A stretch of DNA of 64,000 nt. It comes from Auanema rhodensis (taxonomy: Eukaryota; Animalia; Nematoda). A program made the translations under genes and the position numbers. A model generated the notes under the pieces. It saw only the letters and a program-made list of their open reading frames with translations, searched no databases and was not told the origin of the DNA. This document shows, one piece after another, positions 26,101 through 40,374 of the stretch. Each line of letters starts with the position of its first letter. Position 1 is the first letter of the stretch. The stretch lies in the NCBI GenBank assembly GCA_964057225.1, contig OZ059898.1:1488001-1552000 (forward strand). The letters are read 5' to 3'.

Positions 26101-29100
26101 AAACGATCATAACTAATTTTTGTATTAAACGTTTCTCAATGTCGTATAGTGCATTCGATGCGGATTTTTAAGCTGCGTCGATCTGTGTTATCAGATTTGC
26201 GCTAGCTTAAAAATGCACCGAGATATCAACTGATATAAGTTCACACTTATATCCTCGATTTTCACCCTGAAGAATTAATTTTTTCGTTGAATAACATTGT
26301 CCATCGTCTTTGACTTGAAAAAAGGAAACTAAAAACATCTACTTTTTGCCAAATTATTTTGAAATTTTTCGAAAAAATTTTTGTCAAAATGTTTTTGGAA
26401 GCAATGTTGAGTGTACATGGAAACTCAACATACACTAATGCATCATTTTTCGAACGATCATAACTAATTTTTGTATTAAGCGTTTCTCAATGTAGTATAG
26501 TGCATTCGATGCGGATTTTTAAGCTGCGTCGATCTGTGTTATCAGATTTGCGCTAGCTTAAAAATGCACCGAGATATCAACTGATATAAGTTCACACTTA
26601 TATCCTCGATTTTCACCCTGAAGAATTAATTTTTTCGTTGAATAACATTGTCCATCGTCTTTGCCTTGAAAAAAGGAAACTAAAAACATCTACTTTTTGC
26701 CAAATTATTTTGAAATTTTTCGAAAAAATTTTTGTCAAAATGTTTTTGGAAGCAATGTTGAGTGTACATGGAAACTCAACATACACTAATGCATCATTTT
26801 TCGAACGATCATAACTAATTTTTGTATTAAGCGTTTCTCAATGTAGTATAGTGCATTCGATGCGGATTTTTAAGCTGCGTCGATCTGTTTTATCAGATTT
26901 GCGCTAGCTTAAAAATGCACCGAGATATCAACTGATATAAGTTCACACTTATATCCTCGATTTTCACCCTGAAGAATTAATTTTTTCGTTGAATAACATT
27001 GTCCATCGTCTTTGCCTTGAAAAAAGGAATCTAAAAACATCTACTTTTTGCTAAATTATTTTGAAATTTTTTGAAAAAATTTTTGTCAAAATGTTTTTGG
27101 AAGCAATGTTGAGTGTACATGGAAACTCAACATACACTAATGCATCATTTTTCAAACGATCATAACTAATTTTTGTATTAAGCGTTTCTCAATGTAGCAT
27201 AGTGCATTCGATGCGGATTTTTAAGCTGCGTCGATCTGTGTTATCAGATTTGCGCTAGCTTAAAAATGCACCGAGATATCAACTGATATAAGTTCACACT
27301 TATATCCTCGATTTTCACCCTGAAGAATTAATTTTTTCGTTGAATAACATTGTCCATCGTCTTTGCCTTGAAAATAGGAATCTAAAAACATCTACTTTTT
27401 GCTAAATTATTTTGAAATTTTTCGAAAAAATTTTTGTCAAAATGTTTTTGGAAGCAATGTTGAGTGTACATGGAAACTCAACATACACTAATGCATCATT
27501 TTTCAAACGATCATAACTAATTTTTGTATTAAACGTTTCTCAATGTCGTATAGTGCATTCGATGCGGATTTTTAAGCTGCGTCGATCTGTGTTATCAGAT
27601 TTGCGCTAGCTTAAAAATGCACCGAGATATCAACTGATATAAGTTCACACTTATATCCTCGATTTTCACCCTGAAGAATTAATTTTTTCGTTGAATAACA
27701 TTGTCCATCGTCTTTGACTTGAAAAAAGGAATCTAAAAACATCTACTTTTTGCTAAATTATTTTGAAATTTTTCGAAAAAATTTTTGTCAAAATGTTTTT
27801 GGAAGCAATGTTGAGTGTACATGGAAACTCAACATACACTAATGCATCATTTTTCAAACGATCATAACTAATTTTTGTATTAAACGTTTCTCAATGTCGT
27901 ATAGTGCATTCGATGCGGATTTTTAAGCTGCGTCGATCTGTGTTATCAGATTTGCGCTAGCTTAAAAATGCACCGAGATATCAACTGATATAAGTTCACA
28001 CTTATATCCTCGATTTTCACCCTGAAGAATTAATTTTTTCGTTGAATAACATTGTCCATCGTCTTTGACTTGAAAAAAGGAAACTAAAAACATCTACTTT
28101 TTGCCAAATTATTTTGAAATTTTTCGAAAAAATTTTTGTCAAAATGTTTTTGGAAGCAATGTTGAGTGTACATGGAAACTCAACATACACTAATGCATCA
28201 TTTTTCGAACGATCATAACTAATTTTTGTATTAAGCGTTTCTCAATGTAGTATAGTGCATTCGATGCGGATTTTTAAGCTGCGTCGATCTGTGTTATCAG
28301 ATTTGCGCTAGCTTAAAAATGCACCGAGATATCAACTGATATAAGTTCACACTTATATCCTCGATTTTCACCCTGAAGAATTAATTTTTTCGTTGAATAA
28401 CATTGTCCATCGTCTTTGCCTTGAAAAAAGGAAACTAAAAACATCTACTTTTTGCCAAATTATTTTGAAATTTTTCGAAAAAATTTTTGTCAAAATGTTT
28501 TTGGAAGCAATGTTGAGTGTACATGGAAACTCAACATACACTAATGCATCATTTTTCGAACGATCATAACTAATTTTTGTATTAAGCGTTTCTCAATGTA
28601 GTATAGTGCATTCGATGCGGATTTTTAAGCTGCGTCGATCTGTTTTATCAGATTTGCGCTAGCTTAAAAATGCACCGAGATATCAACTGATATAAGTTCA
28701 CACTTATATCCTCGATTTTCACCCTGAAGAATTAATTTTTTCGTTGAATAACATTGTCCATCGTCTTTGCCTTGAAAAAAGGAATCTAAAAACATCTACT
28801 TTTTGCTAAATTATTTTGAAATTTTTTGAAAAAATTTTTGTCAAAATGTTTTTGGAAGCAATGTTGAGTGTACATGGAAACTCAACATACACTAATGCAT
28901 CATTTTTCAAACGATCATAACTAATTTTTGTATTAAGCGTTTCTCAATGTAGCATAGTGCATTCGATGCGGATTTTTAAGCTGCGTCGATCTGTGTTATC
29001 AGATTTGCGCTAGCTTAAAAATGCACCGAGATATCAACTGATATAAGTTCACACTTATATCCTCGATTTTCACCCTGAAGAATTAATTTTTTCGTTGAAT

Positions 29101-32100
29101 AACATTGTCCATCGTCTTTGCCTTGAAAATAGGAATCTAAAAACATCTACTTTTTGCTAAATTATTTTGAAATTTTTCGAAAAAATTTTTGTCAAAATGT
29201 TTTTGGAAGCAATGTTGAGTGTACATGGAAACTCAACATACACTAATGCATCATTTTTCAAACGATCATAACTAATTTTTGTATTAAACGTTTCTCAATG
29301 TCGTATAGTGCATTCGATGCGGATTTTTAAGCTGCGTCGATCTGTGTTATCAGATTTGCGCTAGCTTAAAAATGCACCGAGATATCAACTGATATAAGTT
29401 CACACTTATATCCTCGATTTTCACCCTGAAGAATTAATTTTTTCGTTGAATAACATTGTCCATCGTCTTTGACTTGAAAAAAGGAAACTAAAAACATCTA
29501 CTTTTTGCCAAATTATTTTGAAATTTTTCGAAAAAATTTTTGTCAAAATGTTTTTGGAAGCAATGTTGAGTGTACATGGAAACTCAACATACACTAATGC
29601 ATCATTTTTCAAACGATCATAACTAATTTTTGTATTAAGCGTTTCTCAATGTAGTAGAGTGCATTCGATGCGGATTTTTAAGCTGCGTCGATCTGTGTTA
29701 TCAGATTTGCGCTAGCTTAAAAATGCACCGAGATATCAACTGATATAAGTTCACACTTATATCCTCGATTTTCACCCTGAAGAATTAATTTTTTCGTTGA
29801 ATAACATTGTCCATCGTCTTTGCCTTGAAAAAAGGAATCTAAAAACATCTACTTTTTGCTAAATTATTTTGAAATTTTTTGAAAAAATTTTTGTCAAAAT
29901 GTTTTTGGAAGCAATGTTGAGTGTACATGGAAACTCAACATACACTAATGCATCATTTTTCAAACGATCATAACTAATTTTTGTATTAAGCGTTTCTCAA
30001 TGTAGCATAGTGCATTCGATGCGGATTTTTAAGCTGCGTCGATCTGTGTTATCAGATTTGCGCTAGCTTAAAAATGCACCGAGATATCAACTGATATAAG
30101 TTCACACTTATATCCTCGATTTTCACCCTGAAGAATTAATTTTTTCGTTGAATAACATTGTCCATCGTCTTTGCCTTGAAAATAGGAATCTAAAAACATC
30201 TACTTTTTGCTAAATTATTTTGAAATTTTTCGAAAAAATTTTTGTCAAAATGTTTTTGGAAGCAATGTTGAGTGTACATGGAAACTCAACATACACTAAT
30301 GCATCATTTTTCGAACGATCATAACTAATTTTTGTATTAAGCGTTTCTCAATGTCGTATAGTGCATTCGATGCGGATTTTTAAGCTGCGTCGATCTGTGT
30401 TATCAGATTTGCGCTAGCTTAAAAATGCACCGAGATATCAACTGATATAAGTTCACACTTATATCCTCGATTTTCACCCTGAAGAATTAATTTTTTCGTT
30501 GAATAACATTGTCCATCGTCTTTGACTTGAAAAAAGAAAACTAAAAACATCTACTTTTTGCCAAATTATTTTGAAATTTTTCGAAAAAATTTTTGTCAAA
30601 ATGTTTTTGGAAGCAATGTTGAGTGTACATGGAAACTCAACATACACTAATGCATCATTTTTCGAACGATCATAACTAATTTTTGTATTAAGCGTTTCTC
30701 AATGTAGTATAGTGCATTCGATGCGGATTTTTAAGCTGCGTCGATCTGTGTTATCAGATTTGCGCTAGCTTAAAAATGCACCGAGATATCAACTGATATA
30801 AGTTCACACTTATATCCTCGATTTTCACCCTGAAGAATTAATTTTTTCGTTGAATAACATTGTCCATCGTCTTTGCCTTGAAAATAGGAATCTAAAAACA
30901 TCTACTTTTTGCTAAATTATTTTGAAATTTTTCGAAAAAATTTTTGTCAAAATGTTTTTGGAAGCAATGTTGAGTGTACATGGAAACTCAACATACACTA
31001 ATGCATCATTTTTCAAACAATCATAACTAATTTTTGTATTGAGCGTTTCTCAATGTAGTATAGTGCATTCGATGCGGATTTTTAAGCTGCGTCGATCTGT
31101 GTTATTAGATTTGCGCTAGCTTAAAAATGCACCGAGATATCAACTGATATAAGTTCACACTTATATCCTCGATTTTCACCCTGAAGAATTAATTTTTTCG
31201 TTGAATAACATTGTCCATCGTCTTTGCCTTGAAAAAAGGAATCTAAAAACATCTACTTTTTGCTAAATTATTTTGAAATTTTTTGAAAAAATTTTTGTCA
31301 AAATGTTTTTGGAAGCAATGTTGAGTGTACATGGAAACTCAACATACACTAATGCATCATTTTTCAAACGATCATAACTAATTTTTGTATTAAGCGTTTC
31401 TCAATGTAGCATAGTGCATTCGATGCGGATTTTTAAGCTGCGTCGATCTGTGTTATCAGATTTGCGCTAGCTTAAAAATGCACCGAGATATCAACTGATA
31501 TAAGTTCACACATATATCCTCGATTTTCACCCTGAAGAATTAATTTTTTCGTTGAATAACATTGTCCATCGTCTTTGCCTTGAAAATAGGAATCTAAAAA
31601 CATCTACTTTTTGCTAAATTATTTTGAAATTTTTCGAAAAAATTTTTGTCAAAATGTTTTTGGAAGCAATGTTGAGTGTACATGGAAACTCAACATACAC
31701 TAATGCATCATTTTTCAAACGATCATAACTAATTTTTGTATTAAACGTTTCTCAATGTCGTATAGTGCATTCGATGCGGATTTTTAAGCTGCGTCGATCT
31801 GTGTTATCAGATTTGCGCTAGCTTAAAAATGCACCGAGATATCAACTGATATAAGTTCACACTTATATCCTCGATTTTCACCCTGAAGAATTAATTTTTT
31901 CGTTGAATAACATTGTCCATCGTTTTTGACTTGAAAAAAGGAAACTAAAAACATCTACTTTTTGCCAAATTATTCTGAAATTTTTCGAAAAAATTTTTGT
32001 CAAAATGTTTTTGGAAGCAATGTTGAGTGTACATGGAAACTCAACATACACTAATGCATCATTTTTCGAACGATCATAACTAATTTTTGTATTAAGCGTT

Positions 32101-35100
32101 TCTCAATGTAGTATAGTGCATTCGATGCGGATTTTTAAGCTGCGTCGATCTGTGTTATCAGATTTGCGCTAGCTTAAAAATGCACCGAGATATCAACTGA
32201 TATAAGTTCACACTTATATCCTCGATTTTCACCCTGAAGAATTAATTTTTTCGTTGAATAACATTGTCCATCGTCTTTGCCTTGAAAAAAGGAAACTAAA
32301 AACATCTACTTTTTGCCAAATTATTTTGAAATTTTTCGAAAAAATTTTTGTCAAAATGTTTTTGGAAGCAATGTTGAGTGTACATGGAAACTCAACATAC
32401 ACTAATGCATCATTTTTCGAACGATCATAACTAATTTTTGTATTAAGCGTTTCTCAATGTAGTATAGTGCATTCGATGCGGATTTTTAAGCTGCGTCGAT
32501 CTGTGTTATCAGATTTGCGCTAGCTTGAAAATGCACCGAGATATCAACTGATATAAGTTCACACTTATATCCTCGATTTTCACCCTGAAGAATTAATTTT
32601 TTCGTTGAATAACATTGTCCATCGTCTTTGACTTGAAAAAAGGAAACTAAAAACATCTACTTTTTGCCAAATTATTTTGAAATTTTTCGAAAAAATTTTT
32701 GTCAAAATGTTTTTGGAAGCAATGTTGAGTGTACATGGAAACTCAACATACACTAATGCATCATTTTTCAAACAATCATAACTAATTTTTGTATTGAGCG
32801 TTTCTCAATGTAGTATAGTGCATTCGATGCGGATTTTTAAGCTGCGTCGATCTGTGTTATTAGATTTGCGCTAGCTTAAAAATGCACCGAGATATCAACT
32901 GATATAAGTTCACACTTATATCCTCGATTTTCACCCTGAAGAATTAATTTTTTCGTTGAATAACATTGTCCATCGTCTTTGCCTTGAAAAAAGGAATCTA
33001 AAAACATCTACTTTTTGCTAAATTATTTTGAAATTTTTTGAAAAAATTTTTGTCAAAATGTTTTTGGAAGCAATGTTGAGTGTACATGGAAACTCAACAT
33101 ACACTAATGCATCATTTTTCGAACGATCATAACTAATTTTTGTATTAAGCGTTTCTCAATGTAGTATAGTGCATTCGATGCGGATTTTTAAGCTGCGTCG
33201 ATCTGTGTTATCAGATTTGCGCTAGCTTAAAAATGCACCGAGATATCAACTGATATAAGTTCACACTTATATCCTCGATTTTCACCCTGAAGAATTAATT
33301 TTTTCGTTGAATAACATTGTCCATCGTCTTTGCCTTGAAAAAAGGAAACTAAAAACATCTACTTTTTGCCAAATTATTTTGAAATTTTTCGAAAAAATTT
33401 TTGTCAAAATGTTTTTGGAAGCAATGTTGAGTGTACATGGAAACTCAACATACACTAATGCATCATTTTTCGAACGATCATAACTAATTTTTGTATTAAG
33501 CGTTTCTCAATGTAGTATAGTGCATTCGATGCGGATTTTTAAGCTGCGTCGATCTGTGTTATCAGATTTGCGCTAGCTTGAAAATGCACCGAGATATCAA
33601 CTGATATAAGTTCACACTTATATCCTCGATTTTCACCCTGAAGAATTAATTTTTTCGTTGAATAACATTGTCCATCGTCTTTGACTTGAAAAAAGGAAAC
33701 TAAAAACATCTACTTTTTGCCAAATTATTTTGAAATTTTTCGAAAAAATTTTTGTCAAAATGTTTTTGGAAGCAATGTTGAGTGTACATGGAAACTCAAC
33801 ATACACTAATGCATCATTTTTCAAACAATCATAACTAATTTTTGTATTAAACGTTTCTCAATGTCGTATAGTGCATTCGATGCGGATTTTTAAGCTGCGT
33901 CGATCTGTGTTATCAGATTTGCGCTAGCTTAAAAATGCACCGAGATATCAACTGATATAAGTTCACACTTATATCCTCGATTTTCACCCTGAAGAATTAA
34001 TTTTTTCGTTGAATAACATTGTCCATCGTCTTTGACTTGAAAAAAGAAAACTAAAAACATCTACTTTTTGCCAAATTATTTTGAAATTTTTCGAAAAAAT
34101 TTTTGTCAAAATGTTTTTGGAAGCAATGTTGAGTGTACATGGAAACTCAACATACACTAATGCATCATTTTTCGAACGATCATAACTAATTTTTGTATTA
34201 AGCGTTTCTCAATGTAGTATAGTGCATTCGATGCGGATTTTTAAGCTGCGTCGATCTGTGTTATCAGATTTGCGCTAGCTTAAAAATGCACCGAGATATC
34301 AACTGATATAAGTTCACACTTATATCCTCGATTTTCACCCTGAAGAATTAATTTTTTCGTTGAATAACATTGTCCATCGTCTTTGCCTTGAAAATAGGAA
34401 TCTAAAAACATCTACTTTTTGCTAAATTATTTTGAAATTTTTCGAAAAAATTTTTGTCAAAATGTTTTTGGAAGCAATGTTGAGTGTACATGGAAACTCA
34501 ACATACACTAATGCATCATTTTTCAAACAATCATAACTAATTTTTGTATTGAGCGTTTCTCAATGTAGTATAGTGCATTCGATGCGGATTTTTAAGCTGC
34601 GTCGATCTGTGTTATTAGATTTGCGCTAGCTTAAAAATGCACCGAGATATCAACTGATATAAGTTCACACTTATATCCTCGATTTTCACCCTGAAGAATT
34701 AATTTTTTCGTTGAATAACATTGTCCATCGTCTTTGCCTTGAAAAAAGGAATCTAAAAACATCTACTTTTTGCTAAATTATTTTGAAATTTTTTGAAAAA
34801 ATTTTTGTCAAAATGTTTTTGGAAGCAATGTTGAGTGTACATGGAAACTCAACATACACTAATGCATCATTTTTCAAACGATCATAACTAATTTTTGTAT
34901 TAAGCGTTTCTCAATGTAGCATAGTGCATTCGATGCGGATTTTTAAGCTGCGTCGATCTGTGTTATCAGATTTGCGCTAGCTTAAAAATGCACCGAGATA
35001 TCAACTGATATAAGTTCACACATATATCCTCGATTTTCACCCTGAAGAATTAATTTTTTCGTTGAATAACATTGTCCATCGTCTTTGCCTTGAAAATAGG

Positions 35101-37567
35101 AATCTAAAAACATCTACTTTTTGCTAAATTATTTTGAAATTTTTCGAAAAAATTTTTGTCAAAATGTTTTTGGAAGCAATGTTGAGTGTACATGGAAACT
35201 CAACATACACTAATGCATCATTTTTCAAACGATCATAACTAATTTTTGTATTAAACGTTTCTCAATGTCGTATAGTGCATTCGATGCGGATTTTTAAGCT
35301 GCGTCGATCTGTGTTATCAGATTTGCGCTAGCTTAAAAATGCACCGAGATATCAACTGATATAAGTTCACACTTATATCCTCGATTTTCACCCTGAAGAA
35401 TTAATTTTTTCGTTGAATAACATTGTCCATCGTTTTTGACTTGAAAAAAGGAAACTAAAAACATCTACTTTTTGCCAAATTATTCTGAAATTTTTCGAAA
35501 AAATTTTTGTCAAAATGTTTTTGGAAGCAATGTTGAGTGTACATGGAAACTCAACATACACTAATGCATCATTTTTCGAACGATCATAACTAATTTTTGT
35601 ATTAAGCGTTTCTCAATGTAGTATAGTGCATTCGATGCGGATTTTTAAGCTGCGTCGATCTGTGTTATCAGATTTGCGCTAGCTTAAAAATGCACCGAGA
35701 TATCAACTGATATAAGTTCACACTTATATCCTCGCTTTTCACCCTGAAGAATTAATTTTTTCGTTGAATAACATTGTCCATCGTCTTTGCCTTGAAAAAA
35801 GGAAACTAAAAACATCTACTTTTTGCCAAATTATTTTGAAATTTTTCGAAAAAATTTTTGTCAAAATGTTTTTGGAAGCAATGTTGAGTGTACATGGAAA
35901 CTCAACATACACTAATGCATCATTTTTCGAACGATCATAACTAATTTTTGTATTAAGCGTTTCTCAATGTAGTATAGTGCATTCGATGCGGATTTTTAAG
36001 CTGCGTCGATCTGTGTTATCAGATTTGCGCTAGCTTGAAAATGCACCGAGATATCAACTGATATAAGTTCACACTTATATCCTCGATTTTCACCCTGAAG
36101 AATTAATTTTTTCGTTGAATAACATTGTCCATCGTCTTTGACTTGAAAAAAGGAAACTAAAAACATCTACTTTTTGCCAAATTATTTTGAAATTTTTCGA
36201 AAAAATTTTTGTCAAAATGTTTTTGGAAGCAATGTTGAGTGTACATGGAAACTCAACATACACTAATGCATCATTTTTCGAACGATCATAACTAATTTTT
36301 GTATTAAGCGTTTCTCAATGTAGTATAGTGCATTCGATGCGGATTTTTAAGCTGCGTCGATCTGTGTTATCAGATTTGCGCTAGCTTAAAAATGCACCGA
36401 GATATCAACTGATATAAGTTCACACTTATATCCTCGATTTTCACCCTGAAGAATTAATTTTTTCGTTGAATAACATTGTCCATCGTCTTTGCCTTGAAAA
36501 AAGGAAACTAAAAACATCTACTTTTTGCCAAATTATTTTGAAATTTTTCGAAAAAATTTTTGTCAAAATGTTTTTGGAAGCAATGTTGAGTGTACATGGA
36601 AACTCAACATACACTAATGCATCATTTTTCGAACGATCATAACTAATTTTTGTATTAAGCGTTTCTCAATGTAGTATAGTGCATTCGATGCGGATTTTTA
36701 AGCTGCGTCGATCTGTGTTATCAGATTTGCGCTAGCTTGAAAATGCACCGAGATATCAACTGATATAAGTTCACACTTATATCCTCGATTTTCACCCTGA
36801 AGAATTAATTTTTTCGTTGAATAACATTGTCCATCGTCTTTGCCTTGAAAAAAGGAATCTAAAAACATCTACTTTTTGCTAAATTATTTTGAAATTTTTC
36901 GAAAAAATTTTTGTCAAAATGTTTTTGGAAGCAATGTTGAGTGTACATGGAAACTCAACATACACTAATGCATCATTTTTCAAACAATCATAACTAATTT
37001 TTGTATTAAGCGTTTCTCAGTGTAGTAGAGCGCATTCGATGCGGATTTTTAAGCTGCGTCGATCTGTGTTATCAGATTTGCGCTAGCTTAAAAATGCACC
37101 GAGATATCAACTGATATAAGTTCACACTTATATCCTCGATTTTCACCCTGAAGAATTAATTTTTTCGTTGAATAACATTGTCCATCGTCTTTGACTTGAA
37201 AAAAGAAAACTAAAAACATCTACTTTTTGCCAAATTATTTTGAAATTTTTCGAAAAAATTTTTGTCAAAATGTTTTTGGAAGCAATGTTGAGTGTACATG
37301 GAAACTCAACATACACTAATGCATCATTTTTCAAACGATCATAACTAATTTTTGTATTAAGCGTTTCTCAGTGTAGTAGAGCGCATTCGATGCGGATTTT
37401 TAAGCTGCGTCGATCTGTGTTATCAGATTTGCGCTAGCTTAAAAATGCACCGAGATATCAACTGATATAAGTTCACACTTATATCCTCGATTTTCACCCT
37501 GAAGAATTAATTTTTTCGTTGAATAACATTGTCCATCGTCTTTGCCTTGAAAAAAGGAATCTAAAAA

Positions 37568-40374
37568 CATCTACTTTTTGCTAAATTATTTTGAAATTTT
37601 TCGAAAAAATTTTTGTCAAAATGTTTTTGGAAGCAATGTTGAGTATACATGGAAACTCAACATACACTAATGCATCATTTTTCAAACAATCATAACTAAT
37701 TTTTGTATTGAGCGTTTCTCAATGTAGTATAGTGCATTCGATGCGGATTTTTAAGCTGCGTCGATCTGTGTTATTAGATTTGCGCTAGCTTAAAAATGCA
37801 CCGAGATATCAACTGATATAAGTTCACACTTATATCCTCGATTTTCACCCTGAAGAATTAATTTTTTCGTTGAATAACATTGTCCATCGTCTTTGCCTTG
37901 AAAAAAGGAATCTAGAAACATCTACTTTTTGCTAAATTATTTTGAAATTTTTTGAAAAAATTTTTGTCAAAATGTTTTTGGAAGCAATGTTGAGTGTACA
38001 TGGAAACTCAACATACACTAATGCATCATTTTTCAAACGATCATAACTAATTTTTGTATTAAGCGTTTCTCAATGTAGCATAGTGCATTCGATGCGGATT
38101 TTTAAGCTGCGTCGATCTGTGTTATCAGATTTGCGCTAGCTTAAAAATGCACCGAGATATCAACTGATATAAGTTCACACTTATATCCTCGATTTTCACC
38201 CTGAAGAATTAATTTTTTCGTTGAATAACATTGTCCATCGTCTTTGCCTTGAAAAAAGGAATCTAAAAACATCTACTTTTTGCTAAATTATTTTGAAATT
38301 TTTCGAAAAAATTTTTGTCAAAATGTTTTTGGAAGCAATGTTGAGTATACATGGAAACTCAACATACACTAATGCATCATTTTTCAAACGATCATAACTA
38401 ATTTTTGTATTGAGCGTTTCTCAATGTAGTATAGTGCATTCGATGCGGATTTTTAAGCTGCGTCGATCTGTGTTATTAGATTTGCGCTAGCTTAAAAATG
38501 CACCGAGATATCAACTGATATAAGTTCACACTTATATCCTCGATTTTCACCCTGAAGAATTAATTTTTTCGTTGAATAACATTGTCCATCGTCTTTGCCT
38601 TGAAAAAAGGAATCTAAAAACATCTACTTTTTGCTAAATTATTTTGAAATTTTTTGAAAAAATTTTTGTCAAAATGTTTTTGGAAGCAATGTTGAGTGTA
38701 CATGGAAACTCAACATACACTAATGCATCATTTTTCAAACGATCATAACTAATTTTTGTATTAAGCGTTTCTCAATGTAGCATAGTGCATTCGATGCGGA
38801 TTTTTAAGCTGCGTCGATCTGTGTTATCAGATTTGCGCTAGCTTAAAAATGCACCGAGATATCAACTGATATAAGTTCAAACTTATATCCTCGATTTTCA
38901 CCCTGAAGAATTAATTTTTTCGTTGAATAACATTGTCCATCGTCTTTGCCTTGAAAAAAGGAATCTAAAAACATCTACTTTTTGCTAAATTATTTTGAAA
39001 TTTTTCGAAAAAATTTTTGTCAAAATGTTTTTGGAAGCAATGTTGAGTATACATGGAAACTCAACATACACTAATGCATCATTTTTCAAACGATCATAAC
39101 TAATTTTTGTATTGAGCGTTTCTCAATGTAGTATAGTGCATTCGATGCGGATTTTTAAGCTGCGTCGATCTGTGTTATTAGATTTGCGCTAGCTTAAAAA
39201 TGCACCGAGATATCAACTGATATAAGTTCACACTTATATCCTCGATTTTCACCCTGAAGAATTAATTTTTTCGTTGAATAACATTGTCCATCGTCTTTGC
39301 CTTGAAAAAAGGAATCTAAAAACATCTACTTTTTGCTAAATTATTTTGAAATTTTTTGAAAAAATTTTTGTCAAAATGTTTTTGGAAGCAATGTTGAGTG
39401 TACATGGAAACTCAACATACACTAATGCATCATTTTTCAAACGATCATAACTAATTTTTGTATTAAGCGTTTCTCAATGTAGCATAGTGCATTCGATGCG
39501 GATTTTTAAGCTGCGTCGATCTGTGTTATCAGATTTGCGCTAGCTTAAAAATGCACCGAGATATCAACTGATATAAGTTCAAACTTATATCCTCGATTTT
39601 CACCCTGAAGAATTAATTTTTTCGTTGAATAACATTGTCCATCGTCTTTGCCTTGAAAAAAGGAATCTAAAAACATCTACTTTTTGCTAAATTATTTTGA
39701 AATTTTTCGAAAAAATTTTTGTCAAAATGTTTTTGGAAGCAATGTTGAGTATACATGGAAACTCAACATACACTAATGCATCATTTTTCAAACGATCATA
39801 ACTAATTTTTGTATTGAGCGTTTCTCAATGTAGTATAGTGCATTCGATGCGGATTTTTAAGCTGCGTCGATCTGTGTTATTAGATTTGCGCTAGCTTAAA
39901 AATGCACCGAGATATCAACTGATATAAGTTCACACTTATATCCTCGATTTTCACCCTGAAGAATTAATTTTTTCGTTGAATAACATTGTCCATCGTCTTT
40001 GCCTTGAAAAAAGGAATCTAAAAACATCTACTTTTTGCTAAATTATTTTGAAATTTTTGAAAAAATTTTTGTCAAAATGTTTTTGGAAGCAATGTTGAGT
40101 GTACATGGAAACTCAACATACACTAATGCATCATTTTTCAAACGATCATAACTAATTTTTGTATTAAGCGTTTCTCAATGTAGCATAGTGCATTCGATGC
40201 GGATTTTTAAGCTGCGTCGATCTGTGTTATCAGATTTGCGCTAGCTTAAAAATGCACCGAGATATCAACTGATATAAGTTCACACTTATATCCTCGATTT
40301 TCACCCTGAAGAATTAATTTTTTCGTTGAATAACATTGTCCATCGTCTTTGCCTTGAAAATAGGAATCTAAAAA
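37568..40374. repeat. Dimeric (702-bp) higher-order repeat, 4 copies
   Basis: Strict alternation of E (78A,143G,208T) and A' (35T,161C) over M108-115; 260A is shared by M111 and M113. Confidence 0.9.
40054..40059. other. 1-bp deletion in the T-run of monomer M115
   Basis: AAATTTTTGAAAAAA instead of AAATTTTTTGAAAAAA; the register changes from +10 to +9. Confidence 0.93.

Larger units (their letters stand above)
6319..36865. repeat. Left-domain core with an irregular 4-monomer (1404-bp) higher-order repeat A-B-C-D
   Basis: Recurring ordered haplotypes A (35T,161C,338T), B (145A,159C,329A,344A), C (15C,117G), D (121A,143G, with or without 203T/208T). Clean examples are M36-39 (12286-13689), M47-50 and M68-71. 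Confidence 0.85.

Noticed and set aside
29421-37334. Four identical 63-aa minus-strand ORFs (29421, 32580, 33633, 37143)
   Set aside because: They are satellite artefacts. They appear only where 15C (TAG becomes TGG) is recombined with 117A (keeping a TTG start) in chimeric monomers M85, M94, M97 and M107. The product is a low-complexity K/F/I/N-rich peptide with a non-ATG start and no recognisable domain, and most monomers have the stop.
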